From positions 416,001 to 480,000 of the forward strand of contig OY762209.1 of assembly GCA_963665295.1 (NCBI GenBank): DNA of 64,000 nucleotides, given 5' to 3'. The DNA is from Syntrophorhabdaceae bacterium. Its GTDB lineage: Bacteria; Desulfobacterota; Syntrophorhabdia; Syntrophorhabdales; Syntrophorhabdaceae. Positions within the stretch are counted from its first letter, which is position 1. Every line of letters starts with the position of its first letter. Below are positions 40,946 to 49,860 of the stretch, one piece after another. The position numbers and the translations under genes were made by a program. The notes under the pieces are model-generated. The model saw only the letters and a list, made by a program, of their open reading frames with translations. It was not told where the DNA came from and ran no database searches.

Positions 40946-40974
40946 CTTATATGCCGTATTTTGCCGCGTGTCAA
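40946..40974 (-). promoter_or_regulatory. Sigma70 promoter for the antisense gene
   Basis: TTGACA (40974-40969)-17 bp-TATAAG (40951-40946); ATG 6 nt after the -10 box. Confidence 0.75.
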
Positions 40975-41032
40975 GCGGTATTTGGAAAGACCCTGCCATT
41001 GCAGGGACTAGCGAATAACACAGGAGGAAACC

Positions 41033-41278
41033 ATGGCAGACGTAAAGCAGGAAAACCTTAAGGGGCTGAAGTTCAGAACTTCAAGGCAGGTGGAATTTGA
41101 TGACGGGAACGGGGCAAAGAAGAAAAGGTGGGAGCCGGTTGAAAGGGACCTCGCCCTTGACGACCTTCTTTCTTCGCGGGACGATGGGGAAAGCTTTCAC
41201 ATCGTGACCAAGGACGGCAAAAAGTACGACATCCCGAAAAACCCGGCCAAGGGCAAGGCGGGCGGCGATGCGGCCTGA
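41033..41278 (+). CDS. Hypothetical head-module protein
   Basis: AGGAGG RBS, 81 aa. Confidence 0.65.
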   Translation: MADVKQENLKGLKFRTSRQVEFDDGNGAKKKRWEPVERDLALDDLLSSRDDGESFHIVTKDGKKYDIPKNPAKGKAGGDAA

Positions 41279-43640
41279 TAGCACAAGACTTATCAGGATT
41301 GTGGCGGCGGGCTCCTCTGACGTGGGTCCGACCGAGGAACTGAAGGGGGCCATGTCCTTTTCCGAGATTAGGCAGGCCCTTTGTCAGGCCTTTGGCACTG
41401 CTTTCCCGGGAAGCGGCGGAGATATAGTTGACCTCTATCCCGACAAGGCGATCATCAGGGATGCGAGCGGGACCATGTATGAGGTGCCCTACTCTATCGA
41501 TGAGGAAGGCAAAGTTACGACAGGAGATATGGCGAAAGTGCGGAAGCAGATCGAGTACGTGCGCATGAACGCCGCACTTTCCCTTATGGGGGCCGCGGGA
41601 GAAGCTACGAACCCCGATTATGGTTACAAGTGGCACGTACAGATTCTCGTTCCCGGTCCCGACAAACAGGGCCTCTTTGACTACCTCCAGGAGGCGGTAA
41701 GAGCGGCGGCGCCCGTGTATGAGGGGGCAAAAGTGTTTGCCCTTTCCCAGGGACAACACGCGGACCCGAAGAACCCCTATGGCAAATCGGTCAGGGACCT
41801 TGTGGGCTGGATAGACGGGGTGGCGGCATCGGCGAGCGGGCTTGAGGGCACGCTCCATATCATGAAAACGGCGTCCTGGCTCCGGGATCAACTGGTGGAG
41901 CTTGAAGCGAATAAGCAGCTAAGCCTGCTCGGGCTTTCCCATGACGTGCAGGGGCAGGTAGGGAAGGTACGCGGGGCGGGGCCGAGGCCCGTTGAAAAGA
42001 TCGTGAGGGTGGATTCGGTGGATGTGGTGTATGACCCCATAGCAGGGGGAAAATTCTTGAGAATGGCCGCGGCCGGGCAAACCGGAGGGGCCGATAAGGA
42101 GGCAAAAATGCTTGTAGGACTTTTAGCGGCGTTAAAGATCGCCCGGCCGGAGGAGTACCAGAAACTGATGGCAGCGGGCAAAGTGACGGACGGCAACGCG
42201 GTGGAAGGAAAGATCACCGAAGGCGAAGTAATGGCCCTCTTCGGGGCCGCGCCCGGTTTTCCTGCCCAGGACAACAAAGAGGCAAAAGAGATCCTCGAAC
42301 AGACGAGAATCGCGTCATGCGGGATCACGCTCAACGCGGAACTTGCGGAGAGCGGGCTCCCCGTGCTTGCGGCGAACCGGGTGAGGAAGCAGTTCGAGGG
42401 CCGAGCTTTTGAGACGGAAGCCCTGCGCGCCGCAATTAAGGAAGAGAAGGAGTATATCGACAAGATTACCGGCTCCGGATCGGTCCAGGGCGCGGGCGGT
42501 CTTCGCGGTGGGCTTGAGGAGCCGGAGAAAATCCAGGCGGCCATGGATAAGATGTTCGGCGTTGACGTGGATGAGAAATTCAAGGACGTGCCCGCCATGA
42601 CGGGACTCCGGGCCGCATACGTCCACCTCACAGGGGACGATGAAGTGACGGGCAGGCCGGACAGGATGTCCAGGGAGGCGAAGAGGATCGCCGCGTCTTA
42701 TATTGAGATGCTCCGGCTTCCTGCCGCGTATGACAGCGCGTCCTTCACCTATGCATTGGGCAATTCCATGTACCGGCGACTCATTCAGGATTACCGGGAA
42801 GTAGATTACTTCGAGTCTTTTATTATCTCGAATGAGCGGAACGCAAAGGATTTCAAAACCATTGAGTCGATCCTCATCACCTACCCGGGGGACATGCCGG
42901 ACATCGACCCCGAGAGCGGCGACTATGTGGAAGAGATCGGACCCGCCACGGACGCGGAGGTCGCGTACCATGTGAACCAGAAAGGGCGGATCATCACGGT
43001 CACAAGGAAAACCATCATCAATGATGACCTGTCCGTGATCCAGCGCATTCTTTCGAGGCGCGGCCGGGCGGCGCGACGGACCTTCGCAAAGCGCGTGTGG
43101 AACCCCATTATCAATAACGCCGTGTACCTCGGGGACTCCAAAAACGTCTTCCACGCCGACCATGGAAACCTCGGGGCAGTGACCCTCACCAATGACGCGA
43201 CGGGTATTCAGACCCTCACCAACCGCAAGGTCGCCATGTTCAATCAGACTGAGCCCGGATCAGGGGAGAAGCTCGCACTTCGGCCCAGGTATCTGTGCGT
43301 GCCTATCGAGCTTGAATCGAACGCCTTTGCCCTCAATCAGCCGTGGCCCATCGCGGGGACCATCAACCCCAACGCGGGACTTTTCGGCAGGGACAACGAG
43401 AGAATCATTACGCACCCCCTATTCACTGACACCACGGACTGGGTCATGCTCGCGGACAAGACGGCAGTGGAAATGATCGAAGTGGCGTATCTCAACGGGC
43501 AGAAGGAGCCGCAACTTTTCGTGGCGGATAACCCCCTGGTAGGCCAGATGTTCTCCGGGGACAAGCTCCAATACAAGGAGCGGCACGAGTACGAAGCGGC
43601 GGTCATGGATTACAGGGGATTCGACAAGAGCGTCAGCTAG
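41268..43640 (+). CDS. Fused prohead protease/scaffold/major capsid protein
   Basis: 790 aa; protease-like H...VGW...GLSHD; capsid-like DFK, ITVTRKTIINDDL, PRYLCVP, IEVAYLNG, DYRG. Confidence 0.8.
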   Translation: MRPDSTRLIRIVAAGSSDVGPTEELKGAMSFSEIRQALCQAFGTAFPGSGGDIVDLYPDKAIIRDASGTMYEVPYSIDEEGKVTTGDMAKVRKQIEYVRMNAALSLMGAAGEATNPDYGYKWHVQILVPGPDKQGLFDYLQEAVRAAAPVYEGAKVFALSQGQHADPKNPYGKSVRDLVGWIDGVAASASGLEGTLHIMKTASWLRDQLVELEANKQLSLLGLSHDVQGQVGKVRGAGPRPVEKIVRVDSVDVVYDPIAGGKFLRMAAAGQTGGADKEAKMLVGLLAALKIARPEEYQKLMAAGKVTDGNAVEGKITEGEVMALFGAAPGFPAQDNKEAKEILEQTRIASCGITLNAELAESGLPVLAANRVRKQFEGRAFETEALRAAIKEEKEYIDKITGSGSVQGAGGLRGGLEEPEKIQAAMDKMFGVDVDEKFKDVPAMTGLRAAYVHLTGDDEVTGRPDRMSREAKRIAASYIEMLRLPAAYDSASFTYALGNSMYRRLIQDYREVDYFESFIISNERNAKDFKTIESILITYPGDMPDIDPESGDYVEEIGPATDAEVAYHVNQKGRIITVTRKTIINDDLSVIQRILSRRGRAARRTFAKRVWNPIINNAVYLGDSKNVFHADHGNLGAVTLTNDATGIQTLTNRKVAMFNQTEPGSGEKLALRPRYLCVPIELESNAFALNQPWPIAGTINPNAGLFGRDNERIITHPLFTDTTDWVMLADKTAVEMIEVAYLNGQKEPQLFVADNPLVGQMFSGDKLQYKERHEYEAAVMDYRGFDKSVS

Positions 43641-43722
43641 ACGGGCGCGGACAGATAAGGGCGTCCCCGGGGCGATCAGCGCCGGGGACGGGCAGCACAA
43701 AACAATCAAGGAGGATGGATAT

Positions 43723-44949
43723 ATGACAAATTACAAAGGCATACACAGGACGGCGTTGACCCTTTGGGCCGCGCTTTTTGTTCTGTTCATGGCAGCGGGC
43801 TACGCGCCGGACGCCTCGGCCTACAGTGTCAAGCAGATATGGGCAAGGTTCTCGGCTACGGCCGGGGAGACCCTTTCCACCGGGGACGTGGTGGTGATCA
43901 AATCGGCTGACGGATATGCCTGGAAGGCGAACGCGGCAAGCGGATCGCTCAGGCCCGCCGTGGGCGTGGTGGGCAAATCGGGGACAGCAGGGTCCACCGT
44001 GGAGATCATCGTCAACGGGATCGTCACGGGCTGGACTTCCTTGAGTAAGGGTTCTCCCGGATATGTCTCAGGAACTACGGCCGGGGCAATCACCCAGTCG
44101 AGCCCCGCCTATTCCCAGCAGGTGGGATATGCGATCAACGCGACGGATTATGTGATCAACTGCCGGTCGTATTTTGACACCACGTCGCTGACGGCCCTGG
44201 GGACGCTGACCGGGGCGACGCCGCTAGTGCTCGAAGGGGCAACGGCTGACGCGTTTCAGACCACCATTGCGGTGACCGACCCCACGGCGGCAAGGACCTT
44301 TACTCTCCCGGATGCTTCGGGTGTGCCCGTACTTTCGGCGGGCGTGCCGGAGGCGGCAACCTCCGTGTGGGGAACGGCAAACGGATTTGTTTTCGAGGGC
44401 GCCACGGCAAACGCCTTCGAGACCACGTTGACGGTCACAGACCCCACGGCGGACAGGACGTTCACTCTCCCTGACGGATCGGGTACCGCCATGGTATCGA
44501 GTCTTGCCACCAATGCCCCTGACGTAGCGGACAGCGTATGGGGAGCGTCGAACGGCCTTGTATTCGAGGGGGCTACCGCCGACGCCTATGAGACGACTAT
44601 CACACCTACGGACCCTACGGCCGACAGAACCGTAACCATTCCCGACGCGAGCGGCACCGTGAGCCTTAATTGCACGGCCACCCACAACTACGCGGGGGCG
44701 GCCGCGGACTGGACCATGACGGCGGCTGAGGCGGCCTGTTCCTTTGTTACCGTGAGTAATGCCAACGGGGCGGTGAAGGCTATCCTTCCGGCAGCGCAGG
44801 CGGGAAAGCTCTGGTTTGTGTCAAACGGGTCAGGCCAGACCCTGACATTCCAGGTTACCGGCCAGACCGGGGCGACCCTTGCCACGTCCAAGGTGGGCCT
44901 TTACGCGGGCACCGCGGCTGATGTGTTCGAAATCTACGAACAGCCCTAA
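43723..44949 (+). CDS. Capsid cement/head fibre protein with signal-peptide-like N-terminus
   Basis: TAGETLSTGDVV...PAVGVV cement-like domain; 3 x EGATA(D/N)A(F/Y)xTT...TDPTAxRTxTxPDxSG repeats. Confidence 0.7.
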   Translation: MTNYKGIHRTALTLWAALFVLFMAAGYAPDASAYSVKQIWARFSATAGETLSTGDVVVIKSADGYAWKANAASGSLRPAVGVVGKSGTAGSTVEIIVNGIVTGWTSLSKGSPGYVSGTTAGAITQSSPAYSQQVGYAINATDYVINCRSYFDTTSLTALGTLTGATPLVLEGATADAFQTTIAVTDPTAARTFTLPDASGVPVLSAGVPEAATSVWGTANGFVFEGATANAFETTLTVTDPTADRTFTLPDGSGTAMVSSLATNAPDVADSVWGASNGLVFEGATADAYETTITPTDPTADRTVTIPDASGTVSLNCTATHNYAGAAADWTMTAAEAACSFVTVSNANGAVKAILPAAQAGKLWFVSNGSGQTLTFQVTGQTGATLATSKVGLYAGTAADVFEIYEQP

Positions 44950-45010
44950 CAGCCCGCTTCAATGATCAGAGCCGGGGCGGGACACGGCCCCGGCATCAAA
45001 ATGGAGAAAT

Positions 45011-45781
45011 ATGAGCACGCATAACGATATCAGGACAAGGGTAATCGCAATCGTAAAAGACGGATCGGGGAAATTGCTTCTCCTTCCGGACCATGATATT
45101 ACCGACCCGGTGACCCATGCGGTGATTACGGCGGGGAGGCTCAATTCTCAAGGGGCGCTCACCAATCCGGACGATTACGACCGAAAGATCACGGCGGCCC
45201 TTAACCGGTACAGCAAATTCCGGCCCGATATCAACGCGATCGATATCACGGGGAACGGGACGCATGACTATGACCTGCCCTCCGGATGGAGCCACGAGTT
45301 TTCGATGATCGCGAGCCTCGAATACCCCATGGGGAACATGCCGGAGACCATCCTTGACCTGGAGGACTTCGGGATTTACCAGACTCCCACGGGGCAAAAA
45401 ATGAGGATCAGGACGGCCGCGCCCAGGGCAACGGAAAAGTTCCGCTTGACCTACACCGTCCTGAGATCAGCCACAACGGTGCCCGATATCGACGTGGATG
45501 CATTCTGCAACCTCGCGGCCTCGATGTGCCTGGAAGACCTTGCGAACGCCTTCGCCCAGACTTCGGACCCGACGATTGACGCCGATTCCGTCAATTACAG
45601 GACCAAATCAGCGGAGTTCGCGGCCAGGGCAAAGAGGCTTTTCCAACTCTACAAGGACCATATCGGGATCAAGGAAGACGACACCACGCCTCCGGCAACG
45701 GCTGTCGCTGATTTCGACAACAAGTATCCGGGCGGATCGGCGCGGCTCACCCATCCAAAGTGGGCGCGGGAGAGGCGCTGA
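45011..45781 (+). CDS. Head-tail connector-like protein
   Basis: Position after head genes; ADSVNYRTKS. Confidence 0.6.
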   Translation: MSTHNDIRTRVIAIVKDGSGKLLLLPDHDITDPVTHAVITAGRLNSQGALTNPDDYDRKITAALNRYSKFRPDINAIDITGNGTHDYDLPSGWSHEFSMIASLEYPMGNMPETILDLEDFGIYQTPTGQKMRIRTAAPRATEKFRLTYTVLRSATTVPDIDVDAFCNLAASMCLEDLANAFAQTSDPTIDADSVNYRTKSAEFAARAKRLFQLYKDHIGIKEDDTTPPATAVADFDNKYPGGSARLTHPKWARERR

Positions 45782-46284
45782 TGCAGATAAAAGCCACGAT
45801 CACGGTCAAGGGGAATGTGTTCAACGGCAAAGGGCCGGAGATCGTGCAGGCGGAGCTTGTGGCGGGGATGACCGAGGCCGTGGCATTCATGGAAAGAGAG
45901 GTTAAAATACGAACCCCGGTGGGGGTGTATGGAGCGCAGGGCGGACTACTCGCCACGATACAACACGGTGTGGCTCACGGCGCTATGATGGCGAAAGGGC
46001 TCGTATGGCACGGCAAAGCGAAGTATGGGGACGTGATTGAGAAGGGCCGGACGGCGGGAAAGGGAATGCCTCCGGAGGGAACGCTTTTGCGATGGATCGA
46101 GGTGAAACTGGGTCTCGATGAAAAGGCGGCGGCAAAGATCGAATTCGCGGTGAGACGGAAGATCGGGAAGAAAGGATTTGAGGGGGCGCACATGTTCGAG
46201 GAGGGCTTTAACGAGGGCTGGCCGACGGTCCAACGCATCTTTGAAAAAAGGGGATTTGAAATCGCACGGGAGCTTGAGAAGTGA
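45781..46284 (+). CDS. Virion morphogenesis protein (HK97 gp10-like)
   Basis: RTPVG...YGDVIEKGR...MPP...HMF. Confidence 0.65.
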   Translation: MQIKATITVKGNVFNGKGPEIVQAELVAGMTEAVAFMEREVKIRTPVGVYGAQGGLLATIQHGVAHGAMMAKGLVWHGKAKYGDVIEKGRTAGKGMPPEGTLLRWIEVKLGLDEKAAAKIEFAVRRKIGKKGFEGAHMFEEGFNEGWPTVQRIFEKRGFEIARELEK

Positions 46285-46856
46285 GCGACGCCATTTTGAG
46301 AGCAAATATAAAGACGAAGCTCGAAACTGTTTCCGGCATTGGCATCGTCTACGATTACGAAAGATTTGCCGCCGACGACGGCAGGTTTATCGAGCTTTTT
46401 AAACATTCAAACGGCAAGATCATGGGCTGGGAGATCACCCGTAACGCGGTCCCGAAGATAGAACCCCGCGGGGGTAAATTCCGGGTGACCCACGCGTATT
46501 TGATCAAAGGCTATTATGGCCTTAGGGACGCCGACAGGTCGGAGGTCGCCATGAATGTGATTGTGGACGCGGTCCTTCTGACTTTCATGTCCGCAAAGAC
46601 CACGGGCGCGGCATCGCACACGCTGCCCAGGGTAAATACAATCCATGCGCGGACCTTCGGGCAGGTCCTCTGCCACTACGCGGAAATTGCGATCGACGTG
46701 CCGGAGATCGTGGAAAAGACATGCACCGAAACAATAGCCGACCTTTACCGGCTGGGCCTCAATTATTACCTCCAGCCGGAACACCCCGTTGACGGGGAAG
46801 TTATAGACGCGACGGACGTGGTGATCGTCCAGGAACCGCCGGACGAACCGGCGTAA
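46281..46856 (+). CDS. Tail completion protein
   Basis: Position; GWEITR, LCHYAEI. Confidence 0.6.
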   Translation: MSDAILRANIKTKLETVSGIGIVYDYERFAADDGRFIELFKHSNGKIMGWEITRNAVPKIEPRGGKFRVTHAYLIKGYYGLRDADRSEVAMNVIVDAVLLTFMSAKTTGAASHTLPRVNTIHARTFGQVLCHYAEIAIDVPEIVEKTCTETIADLYRLGLNYYLQPEHPVDGEVIDATDVVIVQEPPDEPA

Positions 46857-46870
46857 CGAGGAGGAGATTT

Positions 46871-47062
46871 ATGAGCATGAAAGTCATAGCAGCGCCGGGC
46901 ACGAGGTGCCCGATGGAAGGGAAACCGAGGGAATACGTCACCGATTCGGAACCGGTGGACGTGCCGGAAAGCAGTTATTACAACAGGCTGTTGAAAGACG
47001 GGTCGATCTACCGTGCGGACGTGGTGTTGACGCCCCCCGGGAAGCCTGTCAAAAGGAGGTAA
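46871..47062 (+). CDS. DUF2635/Mu gp38-like protein
   Basis: VIAAPG-x-x-CPME...YYNRLLKDG; just before the sheath. Confidence 0.75.
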   Translation: MSMKVIAAPGTRCPMEGKPREYVTDSEPVDVPESSYYNRLLKDGSIYRADVVLTPPGKPVKRR

Positions 47063-47063
47063 C

Positions 47064-48851
47064 ATGGCGAGCGAACATATCAGTTTTGACACCATCCCCG
47101 CCTCGATCAGGAAGCCGGGGAAGTATTTCGAGTTCAATACGAAACTGGCGGTAAGGACCCTGCCAAACAATCTCCAGCGGGTCCTTATCATCGCCCAGAG
47201 GCTCGCCGCGGGGACCGTGGCGAAGGCGATACCCACGAAGGTTTTCAGCGATACGGAGGCGGAAAAGTATTTCGGCGCGGGTTCCATGGCCCACCTCATG
47301 GTGAGGGCCGCGATCACCGCGAACCCCTACCTCGACCTCACGGTGGTGGCTCTCGATGACGCGGATCAGGGCGTTCACGCGCAGGGGACGATAGCCATCA
47401 CAGGCCCGGCCACATCGGCGGGGGCGCTCACCCTGTATATCGGGAACAAGGCAATCATTATCGCCATCGCGAACGCGGACACGGCGACGGCCATCGCGAC
47501 GGCGCTCAAAACGGAGATGGACAAGTACACGGACCTGCCTGTCACGGTGGCCAGGGACACGGCGACACTCACCCTCACCGCCAAGAACGCGGGTCTTTGC
47601 GGGAACGGGATCGGCCTCGGGTATTCCGTCACGGCCGGGGGCGTGGGGGTGACGAACGCGGTCAATGCGAAAGGGACGATCACCATGATGGGCCTCGCCA
47701 TTGCGGACGAGACGTTTACCGTGGGGGCACAACAGTTCACCTGGAAAGCGGCGCGGGGAGGCGCGGGGCAGGTCACCATCGGGGCGACTCCCGACGCGGC
47801 ATGCGCCAACATCATCGCGGCGATCACCGCGGACCTCGCCACGGTCACGGCCGTGAGAGGCGCGGGAAATACCGTGATTGTCACCGCGGCAACGGCGGGG
47901 GCGGCGGGAAACAACATCGTCCTCACGGAGAACTCGACAAACATGGGCGTTGACGGCACGGGGACCCTCGGGGGCACCATTGCCGGCGCGGACGCCACGG
48001 TCGATATCTCGGCCATGACGGGCGGGGCCACGAACCCCGACATCCAGGACGCACTCGACGCGGTGGTAGCGGATCAGTACGAGATCATTGTCACCCCCCT
48101 TAACAATCAGACCGACCTGACCACCCTCACGGATCACCTGGACCTCGTGTCCGGACCCATGGAGCAAAGGCCGGGAATTGGCGTTTATGCTCACAACGGG
48201 GCGCTCGCGACATGCACGACCCTTACGGGGCAGGTAAACCACGGGCGGGTATTATGCGCCTATCTCAGGTACACGGACAGCACCCCGAGAAAGAGCACGC
48301 CCTATGAAATAGCCGCCGCCATGGGTGCGGTAATGGCGGGAGAAGAGGACCCCGCGCGGCCGCTCAACACCCTTGAGCTTAAAGGCATTGCCGTGCCGGG
48401 CATCGCGGACAGGCTGTCGAGGACCGAACAGGAAAGTCTCCTTTACAACGGGGCGACGCCCATCGAGGTAGGCCCGGGAGAGACGGTCCAGATCGTGCGG
48501 ACAATCAGCACGTACGTCCACGACGCCCAGGGGATTGATGATAGCAGTCTCCTCGATATCACCACGATCAGGACTCTCGACTATGTGAGAAAGGCGTGCC
48601 GGGAGCGCGTGGCCCTCCGGTTCCCCCGGGAAAAGCTTTCGAGTAAGACCCCGGCAAAGGTCCGCGCGGAGTTGCTGGACGTACTGCTGAAACTTGAGGC
48701 TCTGGAGATAGTAGAACAGGTGGAAGCGAACAAAGACGGGCTCATCGTGGAGCGGGACGCCCGGGATGTGAACAGGCTCGACGCGAAGATACCGTGCGAC
48801 GTGGTCAACGGCCTGCACGTGTTCGCGGGCAGGATCGACCTATTACTCTAG
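47064..48851 (+). CDS. Tail sheath protein (Mu gpL-like)
   Basis: ISFDTIPASIRKPGKYFEF, FGAGSMAH, EDPARPL, VVNGLHVFAG. Confidence 0.93.
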   Translation: MASEHISFDTIPASIRKPGKYFEFNTKLAVRTLPNNLQRVLIIAQRLAAGTVAKAIPTKVFSDTEAEKYFGAGSMAHLMVRAAITANPYLDLTVVALDDADQGVHAQGTIAITGPATSAGALTLYIGNKAIIIAIANADTATAIATALKTEMDKYTDLPVTVARDTATLTLTAKNAGLCGNGIGLGYSVTAGGVGVTNAVNAKGTITMMGLAIADETFTVGAQQFTWKAARGGAGQVTIGATPDAACANIIAAITADLATVTAVRGAGNTVIVTAATAGAAGNNIVLTENSTNMGVDGTGTLGGTIAGADATVDISAMTGGATNPDIQDALDAVVADQYEIIVTPLNNQTDLTTLTDHLDLVSGPMEQRPGIGVYAHNGALATCTTLTGQVNHGRVLCAYLRYTDSTPRKSTPYEIAAAMGAVMAGEEDPARPLNTLELKGIAVPGIADRLSRTEQESLLYNGATPIEVGPGETVQIVRTISTYVHDAQGIDDSSLLDITTIRTLDYVRKACRERVALRFPREKLSSKTPAKVRAELLDVLLKLEALEIVEQVEANKDGLIVERDARDVNRLDAKIPCDVVNGLHVFAGRIDLLL

Positions 48852-48860
48852 GAGGATAAG

Positions 48861-49229
48861 ATGGCTGATGAATATGTAAGTATTGTGATTCTGGAGATAA
48901 ACGGGCAGCAGATAGATGATTTCAAGAAGGTCCGGGAGGGGGAACGGGAGATCCGCAAGACCATCCAACTCGCTCGGAAGATCGGGGTTGTCCGGGTGGT
49001 ACGGGGATATCCCCTTGAAGTGGATTACCTCATACCCCTCGATGCGCCGGAATTCGATTTCGAGGCAGAGTTTGAGGATGGGGACGGAACGCTCACCATC
49101 GACTATGAAAACGGCACGAGAAAGGTCTATTCCGGAGTTACCCTGATCAAGGTGGGTAAGACGGAGTACCCGGACGAGGAAGGAGCGTATAAAACCATAG
49201 AGCTTATCGCCACGAAGGTGACTACATGA
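48861..49229 (+). CDS. Tail tube protein
   Basis: 122 aa directly after the sheath. Confidence 0.8.
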   Translation: MADEYVSIVILEINGQQIDDFKKVREGEREIRKTIQLARKIGVVRVVRGYPLEVDYLIPLDAPEFDFEAEFEDGDGTLTIDYENGTRKVYSGVTLIKVGKTEYPDEEGAYKTIELIATKVTT

Positions 49230-49860
49230 GCCTTCTCGAAAAGATCAAGGCGGGCAAAAGGCACGCAAGGGTGATCAAGTTTCCCGGGTCGGATGAGGAC
49301 GTCGCTCTCCAGGTGCTCTCGAACCATGATATTCAGGAAGCGGTATTCGCCGCCGAAAATCTCTTTAAGCGGGCGGGAATGGAGATCACGGGGAGCACCA
49401 TGGACGCCTACGAGGACGAACGCACCACGCAGATCCTTTTCAGGGCTCTTCGGGACCCTGCCGACCCGAAAAAGCCCTTCGCGTCAAATGTGGATGAGCT
49501 AAGAAAGGGCCTCACCAAAGCCGAAAAGGAGGTCCTTGTCAGGGAATATTACGACCATGAGCGGGAATGCTCGCCCGATTTTGCCCACATCCCCGATGAG
49601 GAATTCGAGGAAATATGGGCCGAATTAAAAAAAAATCCTCAGACCCTTTCGAGCGTTTCAAGTTCAACAATGCTGAGAGGGCTGCTCACCTATTTGGCGT
49701 CCCTGCCGTCGAACTCACCGACGGACAGTGGCTTTACATCCTCGTCATGAGGTCGGAGGACCTGGACGAGGACAAGAGGAGAGACAAGGGCGAGAAGCCC
49801 AGGTTCAAGGAATCCATCGTAAGGCGTAAAGGGAGACAATGGCAAACCAAGCGAAGATAG
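49226..49860 (+). CDS. Tail assembly chaperone pair with probable -1 frameshift
   Basis: ORF 49226-49750; A9 tract 49627-49635 (ELKKN); -1 frame open to 49860. Confidence 0.8.
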
